64,000 bases of DNA, taken from NCBI GenBank assembly GCA_964016885.1, contig OZ024741.1:205220001-205284000 (forward strand), given 5' to 3'. Positions 1 to 13,429 of this stretch are shown in pieces. The position numbers were made by a program, and so were the translations under genes. A model generated the notes under the pieces. That model did not search any database. It was given only the letters and a program-made list of their open reading frames with translations, and had not been told where the DNA came from. Source of the DNA: Eledone cirrhosa. Taxonomy: Eukaryota. Position 1 is the first letter of the stretch. Every line of letters begins with the position of its first letter.

Positions 1-411
1 GCTAAGAAAAAAGGGCATGAACAATTACCATCAAGGTGGGAGCAGAAACCTCTACATGGCAAATATGTGCCATACAGACAGAACTATCAAAGTTAACAGA
101 CTAGATATTATTGTAAAAGACCAAAATAACAAAGTATGTTTACTGATTGATATGAGCATCCCATGTGATCACAATATTGCAGCAAAAGAATTTGACAAAA
201 ATCAGAAAATATAAAGATTTGTTGACTAAAATTGAAAAAATGAGGTATCTCAAGGTGGTTACAATACCAGTGATTATAGGAGCACTAGGAATGATAAAAA
301 AGAACCAACATTTATTTTAGATTGATCCCTGGTTTACCATCACTACAAGAAGTACAAAAAATTATTTTAACTGGTACGACAAATGTATTGAGAAGAGCAT
401 TTTCGCTATGA
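1..411 (+). mobile_element. 3' fragment of an R4/Dong-like non-LTR retrotransposon (restriction-like endonuclease domain), frameshifted
   Basis: Reads NRLDIIVKDQNNKVCLLIDMSIPCDHNI..KE.DK, then after frameshifts KYKDLLTKIEKM..VVTIPVIIGALG and LQEVQKIILTGTTNVLRRAFSL*. This is the typical PD..D RLE C-terminus. Confidence 0.8.
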
Positions 412-806
412 AAAAGATAATCATCCATATGATTTTTTTTTTTATTACATAACTTTATTAAATTATATTCCATAATTCTGTAAGTTGTAGATAATTGAGC
501 ACTCTTATATGATTCGATACCATTTTGTAAATATAATTTTAAACAGAGAAATGGTTTTTATATTCCTATCTCTTTCTTAACATTACATCCACTTATTCCT
601 AACTTCTCAGGTAATGTTCGTGATAACTCTTCGTCTATTATTATTAATTCTTCAGCTATTTACCACAATAGCTAGCTATCTACCTATATTTTTTAGGTGC
701 TGACTCCGAATAACTCCCACCAACCCCTATCCACCAAGCTATCTAACAGACATGGCATTGCGTTCCCGCCTTTTTCCTTTTCTCTTCTGCTTATACACAC
801 CAATAT

Positions 807-1152
807 GGAGGCACATGGCTTAGTGGTTAGAGCATTGGGCTTGCAATCGAAAGGTTGTGAGTTCAATTCTCAGACCGGGTGATGTGTTGTTTCCTTGAGC
901 AAGACACTTTATTTCACATTGCTCCAGTTTACTCAGCTGTAGAAATGAGATGATAGGGTCTGGGGTCTCTATCATTCCACTGCAAAGTGGTCGTGGAGGT
1001 GCCACGGAAAAAAAGCACCCAGCACTCACTGTAAATGAGGTTGGTGTTAGGAAGGGCATCCAGCTGTAGAAATCAAGCCAGAAACAGTTCCCGTCCCACC
1101 CTTGCAAGCAGGGAAAAGTGGACGTAAAATGATGATGATGATGATGATGATG
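807..1152 (+). mobile_element. tRNA-derived CORE-SINE with RTE-derived 3' half (copy 1)
   Basis: A box TGGCTTAGTGG, B box GAGTTCAATTC, CORE-like CCTTGAGCAAGACACTT...CTCAGCTGTAGAAATG, RTE-type tail and (GAT)n. Near-identical copy at 34187. Confidence 0.9.
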
Positions 1153-1169
1153 TATCCTTCTATATCATG

Positions 1170-2200
1170 AATGTCAATTTGCTACTCTGCGAACCGTTTA
1201 ATGACTGCACGAGGCAGACGTGGATTCCACAAACTGTAGTGAAGGCATCCCATCTAGGAGAGCAGTGACTGATTAAAAACAACTGCCTGGAGATGTGGAG
1301 CCTGTAAGCTGTAGTGAAGGAAGGCAACCCATATAGGAGGGCAGTGACTCTGATGAAAAAACGACTCCACAGGGCAGATATGGGCACTGTAAACCGTAGT
1401 AAAGGCTACTCGTCTAGGAGAGTAGACACTCCAAATAAAAACTGATACAGGAAGGAGAGAAATCTTAAGTCTGCTAAGACAACCCCTCTAGTGCTGGTGG
1501 CACGAACAATGCACTCAGTCCATGCTCTAAAGTGGTTGGTGATAGGAAGGGCATCCAGCCAGCAAAAGCCAGCCAAAATTATGAAAAGCATGGCCAATAT
1601 GATTTCCACTAGTTGTGAACACAGGGCTAACACTAGTCATGTTAGTGCAGCACACGATAGTGGGGTGGCTAGAGTAGCCATGTGTGAGAACCCCTCAAAC
1701 GTCATCAAGCAATCGTACAACCACTTTCTCTTTCAAGTACATAGAACCTCTAACCAAAGTAACAACTATCAAAGTACAAATCTCAGAACTGCCACCCTCA
1801 TTGTTGGTACTCTGAAAGGCAAATCAGGTGAAATTGTGGAACTGTTAGAGAAAAGAAGAGTAGGTGTATGCTGTGTACAAGAAGTGAGATGGAGGGGTAC
1901 CTCAGCGAGATGAATCACGAGCAAGCAACTTAGATATAAACTCTACTGGGTCAGAAATGACAATGCAGTAGGAAGTGTAAGCATCCTAGTAGCTGAGAAA
2001 TGGATAGATAAGGTGATAGAGTTAGTTAAAGTGATAGAATCATCAAGCTTAGATTAACTGTATGGAATAGACTGGTGGCAATCATATCTTCCTATGCTCA
2101 GCAGACAGGACAGGGTAAAGAACAAAACAACAGGTTCTATGAGGAACTTTTACAGAGAACTTAGGTATTGACAAAAGAGACCTCATCATCTTGATTACAA
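1170..2200 (+). mobile_element. Degenerate 5' end of an RTE LINE (5'UTR plus APE endonuclease N-terminus)
   Basis: LRTATLIVGTLKGKSGEIVELLEKRRVGVCCVQEVRWRG then YKLYWV..VAEKWIDKVI from ~1780. Upstream are three AAGGC..C.TCTAGGAG units and a GGTTGGTGATAGGAAGGGCATCCAGC module. Confidence 0.8.
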
Positions 2201-2514
2201 AAGTAGAGATGGGGTACAGAGAAAGTTAGAGTATGTAATAGGTAATAATAATTATTTTAAAAAAGGTCTAAGGAAACTAGTAGTATCTGTGCTGGCAGAA
2301 ATCTTAACCCTTTCATGATTGCTATCCTAATGAAATACACTATTTCAATTAATTAATCAAGAATTTTGAGAGATTTAATCAAATTATTTATTTCACAACT
2401 ATGGTTCTTATATAAAATTATGTTGAAAGATTTTAACTTAAATAGTAACCCAATAAAATAAGTTGTTTTGTTTCATAGAATCAGAGCTGGTTTTGGCCAG
2501 TTAGGTCAAGAACA

Positions 2515-2815
2515 CAGCTAGTATAGATGTGCAAGACCAGACTAGTTAGAACAAAACATAGTATACCTGTGTACCATGATAGTTAGGACAATAACAATAA
2601 CATAGCTAGTATACCAGTTAGAACGACAACAACACAGTTAGTATAGCTGTATAAGGCCATAACAGATAGGGCTACAATGACTTTTTTTAAGACCATTATA
2701 ATGAGGACAACAACAAAACAACCAGTATAACTTTGTAAGACAGTGATAAATAGGATAACAACAACAGGAACACAACTCGTATAACTATGTGAAATCAGAA
2801 TAGTTAGGAGGACAA
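2515..2815. repeat. Degenerate ~50 bp minisatellite
   Basis: About 6 recurring units resembling AGCTAGTATA.CTGTGTAAGACCATGATAGTTAGGACAACAACAAC. Confidence 0.55.
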
Positions 2816-3023
2816 AAACAATAATAATAAATTACAAGACCAAATTATCTCTCTGTCTTTATGGACAGTAAAAAATAGTTACTGATAAAGATGTCATTAA
2901 TATGTATAAACATGTCTCAAACACATCAAACATGGCAAAAAATAATTGAAGATTATGAAGATTTCTCACTCTCATTTTCAATATATGAATTAAAAAAAAA
3001 ACTTAGCAAGCAGCATTATTTAT

Positions 3024-3214
3024 AGGTGGATTGGCAGTATCGGTAGAGGGTTGGACGCCATGCTTTCCAGCATAGAGTTACGTCCCTTTATGATCTGAGT
3101 TCAAATCCCACTGAGGTTAACTTTGCCTTTCATCCTTACGGGGTCGATAAAATAAAGTACCAGTAATGCGCTGGTTAATTGCTGGCCTTGTGCCTAAAGT
3201 AGAAACAATTATTT
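3024..3214 (+). mobile_element. Short (~190 bp) tRNA-derived SINE family 2 with a Meta-domain-like body
   Basis: A box TGGCAGTATCGGTA, B box GAGTTCAAATCC, body GCCTTTCATCCTTACGGGGTCGATAAAATAAAGTACCAG, end GTAGAAACAATTATT. Further copies near 5630-5830, 18830, 19369, 26450-27480, 29570, 39505, 47915 and 62570. Confidence 0.85.
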
Positions 3215-3741
3215 ATAGTGATCATGAAAGTAAACCAATAAGAATAATGTCTTAACCCTTTCATTACCATATTTCTAATGCAAATACCCACTAGGTATTC
3301 GGAGGGATTTAATAAAATAACTTTCTCATTATTAAGATGATGTTTAGAGGGTAAATTAAAGGTTCTTAAATAAAATTATGATGGAAGGTTTTCAGATAAA
3401 TAAAGTTTTGTAGTTTTAGAACTGGGGGCAGTTTCCAGTAATTTGGTATAAAAAAAGTGAACAGAGAAATCACTGGAATACTTCCGCCATATTTTCATCC
3501 ATCTATCTTTGTCCAGCGTGTAGATTATGAACAATCTAAGAATGTGGCACAAATGAGCAGTGTGAAACAAGGCTTGACAGTAATAATTGTTTCTACTTTT
3601 GGCACAAGGCCAGCAATTATCCAGTACATTACTGGTACTCAGAATGGCAAGGGCCGTAACTCTATGCGTCAGTAATAATATAAATACATTTGGCTGATAG
3701 AAGGATAATAATGTAGATTCAAAGCATATGACATGGTGTTG

Positions 3742-3971
3742 CTCCTTTCGTAACCATATTTCTAATGAAATATACTCTATTTGAATTAATTAATGAAGAA
3801 TTTTGAGGGATTTTCTAAAATTATTATTTCATCACTAAGATAGTAACTTAACACATAATTTGTATATACAATTGTTGTGAGATTTTAATTTAAATAGGGA
3901 CCCTTTAAAATGGGTAGATTGTTTGATAGAACCACAGGTGGTTTTGATTGGGTTGGTATCAAAAGGGTTAA
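3742..3971 (+). mobile_element. piggyBac-like MITE family (representative copy)
   Basis: Family ends are TTAACCCTTTC... and ...GTATCAAAAGGGTTAA. Related copies near 2305, 3253, 13860, 16325, 35860, 46165 and 63165. Confidence 0.6.
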
Positions 3972-4079
3972 GGCATAAATTATTGAAATGACAGAAATAT
4001 GCAAATTGTATTTTGTATACTGGACTAGTGACATACATAATTTGAATGTCCATTTTCCCTGCTAGCATATTTTATATAT

Positions 4080-4290
4080 GTGGAGGCTAATGTACCAGAA
4101 GTGTTATAGATAAGAGTGAGAACAGTGTGGAAGTTCAGGGAGTTGTTATCTCTGCTGGCAACAAAAGGCTTCTCCATCAGAGTGATTATATTATGCTTGT
4201 GTTTGAACTATGCTACATGTCAGTGAGACATGAGCTCTGAGTGCAGAAGATTGGTAGCTAGAAGAAATGAAGCATGGACACTTCATTACA
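4080..4290 (+). mobile_element. Degenerate RTE ORF2 fragment
   Basis: Similar to the W.KFRELL.LL..KGFS and LHGSETW region of the intact RTE copies. Confidence 0.6.
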
Positions 4291-5239
4291 CATTTCTTTT
4301 CATGATAGGACTGGGGCCCCTATTATGATACAACCTTGTAGGAGGTTAACTAACCCTGCATGAGTGTGAGCTGTAAATTTCATTTCATTTTCCAAACAAA
4401 ATATTGGATGGTATATTTTACTTGTCTGTTGGTTATGGAATGGATCACCAATATAAAAAATAAGGTGCAGGCCTTCAAAATAACATTCAAATATAAGAAG
4501 GACTTGAACTTGGAATCATAAGACAGATTATGTAAATCATCAAAGGGAGATATTAAAAAAAAAAAAAAACACTTCATAAATTTAAAAAAATAAAAAATAA
4601 AAGATGCAAATGTGAAATTTAAACATTATACAGTTTAAAAAAAAAAAAGGTATAGTTGAAAATATGTAAATGACAAGAATGTGATAGTGGTGATGATGAT
4701 GATGACAGAAGTCAAAAATGGACTGTTGTCATGCAGAGAAAATTTGATGCAGCAATGACCCCCAACAAATAAGAGATTAAAGATGTGACCTTTATTTTCA
4801 TTAAAGTTAAAATCTAAACATCTTAAAAAGAAAATGATAAAAATAATTGTTTCATTAATAATAGTAGTAATAATAAAATTGAAAATAAAAGACAACAGAA
4901 TATTCAATCATTAATGATAATTATCATTATAATGGTATTTTTATTATGGCTATGTAGGTCTTTAAAACACCAGAGATATTTTTAACTATGTATGTCTTTA
5001 CAACACCAGAGATATTTTTAACTATGTAAAACTTTATAGCAGAGATAGCCTTGCAGTGTCATAGTTTTCAATACTTTCTTGGTTTTCAGACTTCTGTGTC
5101 TTTTAATGTGGCATTGCAGGTTGAGCTCACTCTAGCCTAAAAGTTGCTGGTGTCTCTTAGTTCAGTATTGCTGGAGCTGAACAGCTAGGATTAAGCTCCC
5201 ATTGACCTAAAATATTGCTCAATATTGTGTGTGCAACTT

Positions 5240-5475
5240 GTTCACCATTGCTGAACAAACTATCTCCAATGCATCCTTGTCTAGTGCAGTATGTTTAGAT
5301 CAGCTCTCACACACCTGTCCAGGTCTTCCTCATCAAAGCTTCCTTTCAGTGGCACCCAACAATTATCATCTATATGCATCATATATCTATATCAGTACAA
5401 TCTTCTTTCTTGTTCACTGCATCTGGTGCCTCTTATGCTCAACTTTTCCCTCAGCTCACCCGTATATTGCACATA
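5240..5475 (-). mobile_element. Degenerate RTE 3' fragment
   Basis: Reverse strand resembles the RCxxQERRLxW..GRPRKTW..VRADL region. Confidence 0.5.
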
Positions 5476-6241
5476 TATATGCAACACACACACAAAGTTA
5501 TAAAAAGTTCCAAATAAATCATTGGATTTGCTTGTCCCCACATTTCTGGCAATATGCCTGTCAGTTCTTGCCACACTATGAAGACCTCATTACAGACCTC
5601 AGCCATTTCAACCAAACCATAAGTTAATAATTACTATTGTTAAGGGCCACATTTTATTCCCTATGTGAGGGAGATATCTACAGTCAATAAATGAAGCCCA
5701 GAACTTGGCTGTTATATATTTACCAACTTTGAAAGAATGAAAGACAAAGCCGACTTCAACAGGATTTGAACTCAGAACATAAAAGGCCTTATGTATTGCA
5801 AAGCATTTTGTTCAACTGCCTATTGAATTTGCCTAACTAGTTAATTATATAGTTACAATCATTAATTAGTAATATGCTTATATTTTACTCTGATGAATTA
5901 TTATTGAAACAATGAAATTAAGTGTAGAAGTTTGACTTTCTTCCCAAAATCCAAAGGATATTTGTTAATATCAAGTCTAAACTGTCACTAAAATCCTTTA
6001 AAGAGGCAGAATCTGAGATAAACAGAAACACAATTAATAAAAGTAATTGATAATAAAACAAAGTTTCTTGAAAACATATGAAGAGAAAATCCATTACAAA
6101 ATTTGGTTTTCATTATTCAAATAATTGAAATTGGACAAGAAACGACATTAAATCATATATACCACTCTGTAAAGTTAATGATCAATGTATGTGTGAGAAA
6201 GGATTATTTATTATTGATGATGATAATGACAATGGCTGTTG

Positions 6242-6278
<37 letters not shown>

Positions 6279-6734
6279 AAATCACTATTATGCAAAAGAT
6301 ATGTTTCTTGCAAATGAAATTCACAAACTAGTTTCAATTCTCAGTTGAAAGCAGGCTAGCCTCATGTTTATTGGTGATAAGGATGGAGTATGTTTGCAAC
6401 AGTCAATCCTTTCCTTAGCACAGGCTTGCAATGCAAATAAAAAGCTCTAACTGTGCAGTTAAACCAGGTTGTGGATTTGGTATGACAGTAAGTCAGAGAA
6501 TTATTTTTATGGTTTTAAAGATTGAAGTACTTTTGTGTGATTTTCAAAAAAAAATTCATTTTAACCTTTTTATTACCATATTTCTGAGATACACTATCAA
6601 TTATTTTCAGAAAGTATTTAGATAAATATATCTTCAAGATATCAATCTAATAAATTTTGATGGTCTAAAGACTAAGTTGTCGTTATATACATACCAGACA
6701 TATATCTATATATATATATGAATACACAAATATA

Positions 6735-7345
6735 TAGATATGAAGGTCGTCTGCTCCATACAAGGCTTGACTACTTCTTACACTTTATGTCTGTTCCTTC
6801 CTGGCATGAGATCTCAAATGGCTTTTGAGTCCTGAAAGCCTGTGAAAGACCCATTCACAAATAATACAAAGATGTCTCATTTCATTCTTGTTTCTACTTT
6901 GGGTTTGCTTATTGTGTGTTTTGCAAATCTTTTAACAAACATGGCACTTGAACTGATTCTCTGCAACAAAGTTAGAATAGTCAACTTGGACTCTACCATC
7001 TGTGTTCATTGGTGTGATTCTCCTGCATGTTTTACCCTCTCCATTTCAAATGGTATTTCTCCAGACCACTATCTGCTGCACATGATTCAAGATTTTGTAG
7101 GATATGTTAAGGCATTTTAAGTTCACTTTTAGAGTGTCTCTGTATCTCCTCCTTGGCTTACTATTTTACCTTTTGCCCAGCTTGAGTTTGCCATAAAACA
7201 TTTTCTTGAAGATATGTCCGTCAACATACAAATCAGGTGACCTGTCCATCTTAACTGATTCCTAATAAGCATAGCTTGAGTAGATGTAACTGTTGAGTAG
7301 ATGTAAATGTGACCCAGCTTATTTGGGTGAAGCTGCTCCAACATT
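6735..7345 (-). mobile_element. Degenerate BovB-like RTE 3' fragment
   Basis: QAMLIRNQLRWTGHLICM..KMFYG.LKLGKR..KPRRRYRDTLK. Confidence 0.65.
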
Positions 7346-8950
7346 TTAACAAGCTATGTGTACAAAATCCATGTTGTGGATAAATACATACATATATACA
7401 CATATGCATGTGTGTGGGTATGCTTCTGGGTAGACAAGCAAGATGAAGAAATTTAAGACATTTTCTTTTCTTTTAACACATATTTCAACAGGAAAGAGAT
7501 GAAAAAAAATGAAATGATGAAAGAATGGCTCCATTATTAATATGTAGAGATGTGTCTATATAATATTCTGGCTATTGACTAGGAAATTTACCTTTAACTC
7601 TTAATTTTGCTCAATCCTGTAACTTCAGAGATATGATAAAAGTATAGAAAAGTATAAAAACAGACCAAGTTCAAGGAAAAAACATTCAAATATTATGACA
7701 ATTTCCTGATATCTGGAAAATAACGTATATAAACCATTATATTTAACTAAGTGGGAGAGAGAAATGGAGTAGGAGAATGTATAGCATTATATAGGATATA
7801 TTAGAATGACAGATATACATATGTAAAACAATAAATAATGAATTAGACATTAAATAAAGGCATAATAAAATATACTTTGAGAGTTTAGGCAATGATAGGG
7901 TGAAAAACGTTAACTATCAGTTATTGCAGCCATCACAAATATATTGTGGATAAAGTTTTTATATAGGAATTACTGTTTCACTAAAATTATTAGAATTTAG
8001 AGTCAATCTATCTATATCTTATATGTTATGGAAGTTTGATAAATGGATAAAGAATTTTTTTAAAAAAACTAAATATTAGTAAAATGAATAAATGATCATT
8101 TAAGAGGATAAAGCAAACATTACCTATAATCACTTATAGTCTCAAGATATGATAAAGGTAACATCAAAAAGTAAAATAGAAAATAAAAAGGAAAATAAAG
8201 GGGAAAAAAAGGAAAAAAAAAGGAAAAAAGTAAAAATATAAAGAAAATTTTCTTAAAGAACAAAAAAGTTATTAATCAATTTGCAATTTTCTACCTTTAA
8301 AGAATTAAAATACAAATAAAAATAAACAATTAAGTATATATCAAATTGCTGCTATGAGTGATAAGAGAATTCATAAGATAACCATAGCCTTCAAATTCAT
8401 AAAGTATATTACAGATCAAATTTCAAACTCCAAATAGGGGAAAGACCATTTTCAAAGATTTTAGTCCTAAAAATGAAGACCAGATCTTTTTCAAGATATA
8501 TTCACGATTAACTTCCCTTATAAGAAAACAATTGTGATACTTATGTAGGATCATCGACCATTCTAGAAAAATTAATGCACAGGAAATAGTGACCCTATTC
8601 TTTTGATTCAAAAGTTTAAAATTTGATATGATTATTTCTAGGGCCTTAATTACACACAGATTACAAGTTTTAGTCACTGAATGCTATATTGAATATTAGA
8701 ACTACATAAATCCCAAACAAATTGCATACATGAAGTAGAGTTTGCCTTATTTTCATTCTTAAAGGAATTCAAATGTAAATAATACCGTTCCTTAAATGAG
8801 TTAATAGCACTTATATATAGTTTCTGTTATGTGCAGTGATGACAGTACACTTATATACTATGTTCTCCCAAAGACCTTTAAGAATTTTGCAATTACACTC
8901 TAAATTAGCAGTTTTATTAATAGTTCTTTATCTTGGTAGATAGACTTGTT

Positions 8951-9007
8951 AATGGGGAGTCTAATCACAGTATTGTTAAAAACAATACTGTGATTAGACT
9001 CACCATT
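8951..9007. repeat. Near-perfect 57 nt hairpin
   Basis: AATGGGGAGTCTAATCACAGTATTGTT-AAA-AACAATACTGTGATTAGACTCACCATT, with one mismatch. Confidence 0.85.
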
Positions 9008-9050
9008 TACTGTTTTAGTTATATTTATCAATATTAACTAATGGCTTATA

Positions 9051-9931
9051 CAGGGTGCGGACGATATTTGTTCGCAATTTTCAACTGCTAATTTTATGCA
9101 ATTTTTTCTTACTTCTGTTGTCACTCTTGTCTTCATAAAAACAGTGACTATATTTCCATTATTTATTTTCAGAATAATTGATTTTGAATAATTTTGAACC
9201 TCCAAATTTGTGGAAGAGACACAGAGTTCTTCTTGGAATCCGCGCCGGGAGGACAAATAAGACCAGAAGATCAACCCCCAGAACAACAGGTGGCTCGCTG
9301 TCTGATCCAAAGACGTGCCCAGAGTCATGCAGACAAAGTTTCCAGCGACAACATTGGTCTTAGGTGTCGTCAGCAGTCAAAGTGATGTCATGCCACCTCA
9401 CTTCTTCCCTGAGGGCCTCAAGCTGAACACCGATGGCTACATCCGTGTTCTGAGCGAGGTAGTAAAGCCCTGGATCGACCAGGTAGCTGCAGGTAGGCCG
9501 TACGTGTGGCAGCAAGACTCAGCGCCCTGCCGTACCAACCGAAAGACCCAAGCCTGGCTGTCAGAGAACTTCGTCGACCACACTTCACTGACATCTGGCC
9601 TCCCAGCTCGCCTGACTGCAACCCCCTCGACTTCTTTGTGTGGGGCGCAATGGAACGAGACACCAACAGATCTAGCTGCAATACGAAAGAAGATCTGAAG
9701 GCCAGGATCACAAGTGCCTTTAGGGGCCTAAGTTGGGGGACAGTGACGAAGGCCTGTAGCCAGTTCCGAGGTCGCCTTGAGGCTGTCATCAAAGCCAATG
9801 GCAGGTTTATCGAGTGAGAAAGTCATGAAGACAAACTGACCCAAGTTTGATAAATAAATATTAAAAAATAAAACTACTGTGTTATTTTTTCCTAGACAGT
9901 AATCTTGCAAACAAATATCGTCCGCACTCTG
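9051..9931 (+). mobile_element. Internally deleted Tc1/mariner transposon, DD37D (maT) type
   Basis: 27 bp TIRs CAGGGTGCGGACGATATTTGTTCGCAA (2 mismatches) and TA TSDs at 9049-50 and 9932-33. Transposase WQQDSAP...WPPSSPDCNPLDFFVW has one frameshift; the D-D spacing is 37 aa when corrected. Confidence 0.92.
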
Positions 9932-12900
9932 TAAATATAAAATAATAATTTAGCCATATAATCAGCTAAATTAGGTGTAGTGGAGAATGCCATTTTAATT
10001 GTATTTTTATGAATAACCTTATAGAATCTAGTCAAGTGTGAAATTCTAATGTATAATATTAAAAAATGGCTTTATATAGTGGACAACACTTGGATTTTAG
10101 GGGGGGGGGGGGGGAGATTTCTATTACTACCATAAAGGAGAATATTATTCTCTGTATCGTTTTTGTTTTAAAATAATATCAAAATCACGATTGTTATTAG
10201 AATTCATTTGTTTAGTGTTGGTGTGATTATTTAAATTACTTAAAATGGGCCTACAAAGGTCCTTTACTTTATGATATCCTTTATGTACAGTGTGAATTTC
10301 TGAGAAGAGACTATTACTATTGCATTATTACCTGGCTTGTTATTATTTCTACTCTTTAATCTAACAGTAATACATATCTGGGTTATTTTATAACCTGACC
10401 TAGCTAAGGCTAGTCAGTATTTGTTCAAGTATTTCTTTATTTGCTAACAACCATGACATTCTATTAGAGACACTTTTCACTTTTGAGTTCACTACAGCTC
10501 TAGGATGATGAGAGAGTCTATGTACATAGTTTATAGTTTCTATCAATAGTTCGAATATAATTTTTTAAAACCTTTATATAAACACACACACATATGTGTG
10601 TGTGTTTATATATATAACAGTTTAGTAAACTAATACTTTGTACAACATAACCATAAAATGACAATAATAATAACAATATTCATGAAACAATACAATGTTT
10701 ATAAAAAATATTACTGTCTATACAATAAACAATGAAACAAAATGATTGATAAACAATGGTGGTGCCCTAGCAGCCTCAGCCATTTGGCTGAAACCGAAAA
10801 AAAAAGAATAAAAGAGTAAAACATGCTGGCTATTTGAGTCTAGAGACATTGATGTTGGACTACAGCTAGAGCTGGTGTGTTTAATCTAACTTCTGATAAG
10901 TAAGCTACTGGCTCAAAGACGTAATACAGAAGCAGATGTGAGACAACAGATGATAACAAATTATTCATTCACATATAGTTAAATGGACGGGGACACACAC
11001 ACGTTTGCATAAATAAGGAACAGCTTTTCTCTCAAACATATTATATTGAAAATACAACTGTATTCCAATCTCATCATTTTTATTAAGGAATTTTTGTATT
11101 TCCTTTTAAGTTCTTTGTTTATTTTGGAACAGTAGCATTCATAAATCCATGTATGAATTAATAAGGCTTTGTGGCTCCATATTCAGAATCAAAATAGTCA
11201 TACTAGTGGTCACAGAGGATCATGGGGCTAGTAAACAACAATAGACACCTAGTTTAAAATATCTCAATGCTTGAAGCAAGGCAATTATTATAAGTAGGAA
11301 TGCTATTCCAAACTAAGCATAAAGAACTAATCAGGAAATACAAAAACAATCCTTAAAAATTATAAAACTAAAAGCACAGCCATATTTTCAATAACACACA
11401 CAAAAAAAATGTCAAATACACATATAGGTCTACATAATGTTAAATGTGTGTATGTGTGCTCATGTGTTATATGTTCCAAGTAAAATGCAACACAACAACC
11501 TTATACACAGAGGGGAGCTTTAATCAAAACAGAAGCTTTTTGTTTTTAAATTAAAAACAATTTAGAAAAATAAAGCATGCCATTAATTTAATTTGCTTCA
11601 GTATTTTGACACAAACAAGAAATTTGACATACTGTCTATGTGTGTGCATGTGTTCTATATCAGTGTATGTTGACTTGCCCTGAGATAATATTGGCTTTAT
11701 AACCCCCAGAGAGAACATATAGTAAACTCTGTAAAGTGGTTGATGTTGGTAAGGGCATCCAGCCATAGAAACCATGCCAAAAGTGGAACATGAGAGACGA
11801 ATTCTTTTGACGTGTAGTCTAGGAGGGCAGTAACTTTAAAAAAAAAAAAAAAAAACTGAGTTGGATTTTGATAACCTGTTCAATTGATGCCAGCATGGAA
11901 AGGAGATGTAAAATAACGATGATGAGACAATTAAACATTTGTATTAACTCTTTTGATACCAACATGTCTAAAATTGATAACTGGTTTACAACTGTCTGTT
12001 TTGATGTGTTAATACTTATAATTATCATAATTTTATGTAAGAACTTTCCAAACATCATCAGCTCAATACTGAAAAAGTTGGTTATTTTTCTAAATTTCTT
12101 CAAATTCTTTATTATTAATTTTGAAAATTAAACACTAGCAGTGTTTTTACCATATTACCCAACATCGAAGACACTCCTATACCATGAATGCATCTCCCAT
12201 TTTGAATTGCTAAATTTTGAAGGAAAAAAATATCAACATACGCAGGGCAAATTTTCCTGACCTATTTTAGAAAAAAATAAACAAATTAATAAAAACATCT
12301 TCCTGGTCTACTTTGGAAAATAAGGTAATTAGAAATATAGCAGCAAAAAGGAAATTTGCTGAAATTACTTTAATGGGGAAGGTTATCCCCCTTCATCTTT
12401 AAAACAACTGACAGATCGAAACTAAATAACCATGATCTCTAGTTTCTTGTGGTAAGACACCAGCCCACCTAACCACACCCTCCTGATTTTATGATACAAA
12501 ACTGCCCATTGTAAATTTTTCATACTTATTTGAGACATTTTTGTAACTTTTATGTCCTGTACAGCATGAACCCACATTAGCAACACATTCTAGAAAAATA
12601 CACAATTGCACTATGACTGCATCACATTAGAACTCTAACGTTTTAGTCTAATATGGCAAATTTCCAGAATAATCTATCCAAGAGTAAAGATACTATAAAC
12701 ATTTGAATTAACAAACCTATTTTTAGATATTTTCTGCTAAATTATTACATGATAATAAAAGTTACGTATAATGTTCAAAACAGCTTACTAAACAAAAAAA
12801 AGTAAAATCCCGAAAATTATTGATTATTTGAAAATTAATTGAAATACATAGGCAGTGTATTTCATTAGAAATATGAAATGAAATAAAATTTACAGCTGAC

Positions 12901-13429
12901 ACCTATGCATGTTTAGATGCTTACCTTAGAATATTCAGAAAATTTAAAAAGAAATTACAATGGTATTGAAAATATTTGAGACCCAACAAAAATCATTCAA
13001 ATCAATGACAAGATATGGAAATGAAGTGATAAAAACTGTCTATCACAAAATATGTAATAGAGTTAGAATGATAAGCTAGAAATCATCTAGGATATGAATA
13101 TTGTATCTAACATACATACACACACACATATATATAAAGATAGATAGATGCATATATACATGTTTTATATGAATATACCTTGTCTCATCTGTTCATGTGT
13201 CATGTTATGTGTATGAGTGTGTACATATACATACATGTATGTATATATCATGTCTATTCCAATTCAGTTTGTTCTTACTCTACACAACAATAAATATTAC
13301 ATTGCAAATTTGCAACAACAACCACAGCAACTTAAATATATTAGCTAAGACAACATAAAATAGTAATGCAACAATTACAACATTATTATATTGATATACA
13401 AATAAGTGTATTACACACAGATCACCCAA

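Noticed and set aside
807-880. tRNA gene
   Set aside because: The A/B boxes continue into CORE and LINE-derived sequence, so this is a SINE head
4965-5030. Short direct duplications (also 15910-15937 and 48748-48810)
   Set aside because: Ordinary local slippage duplications
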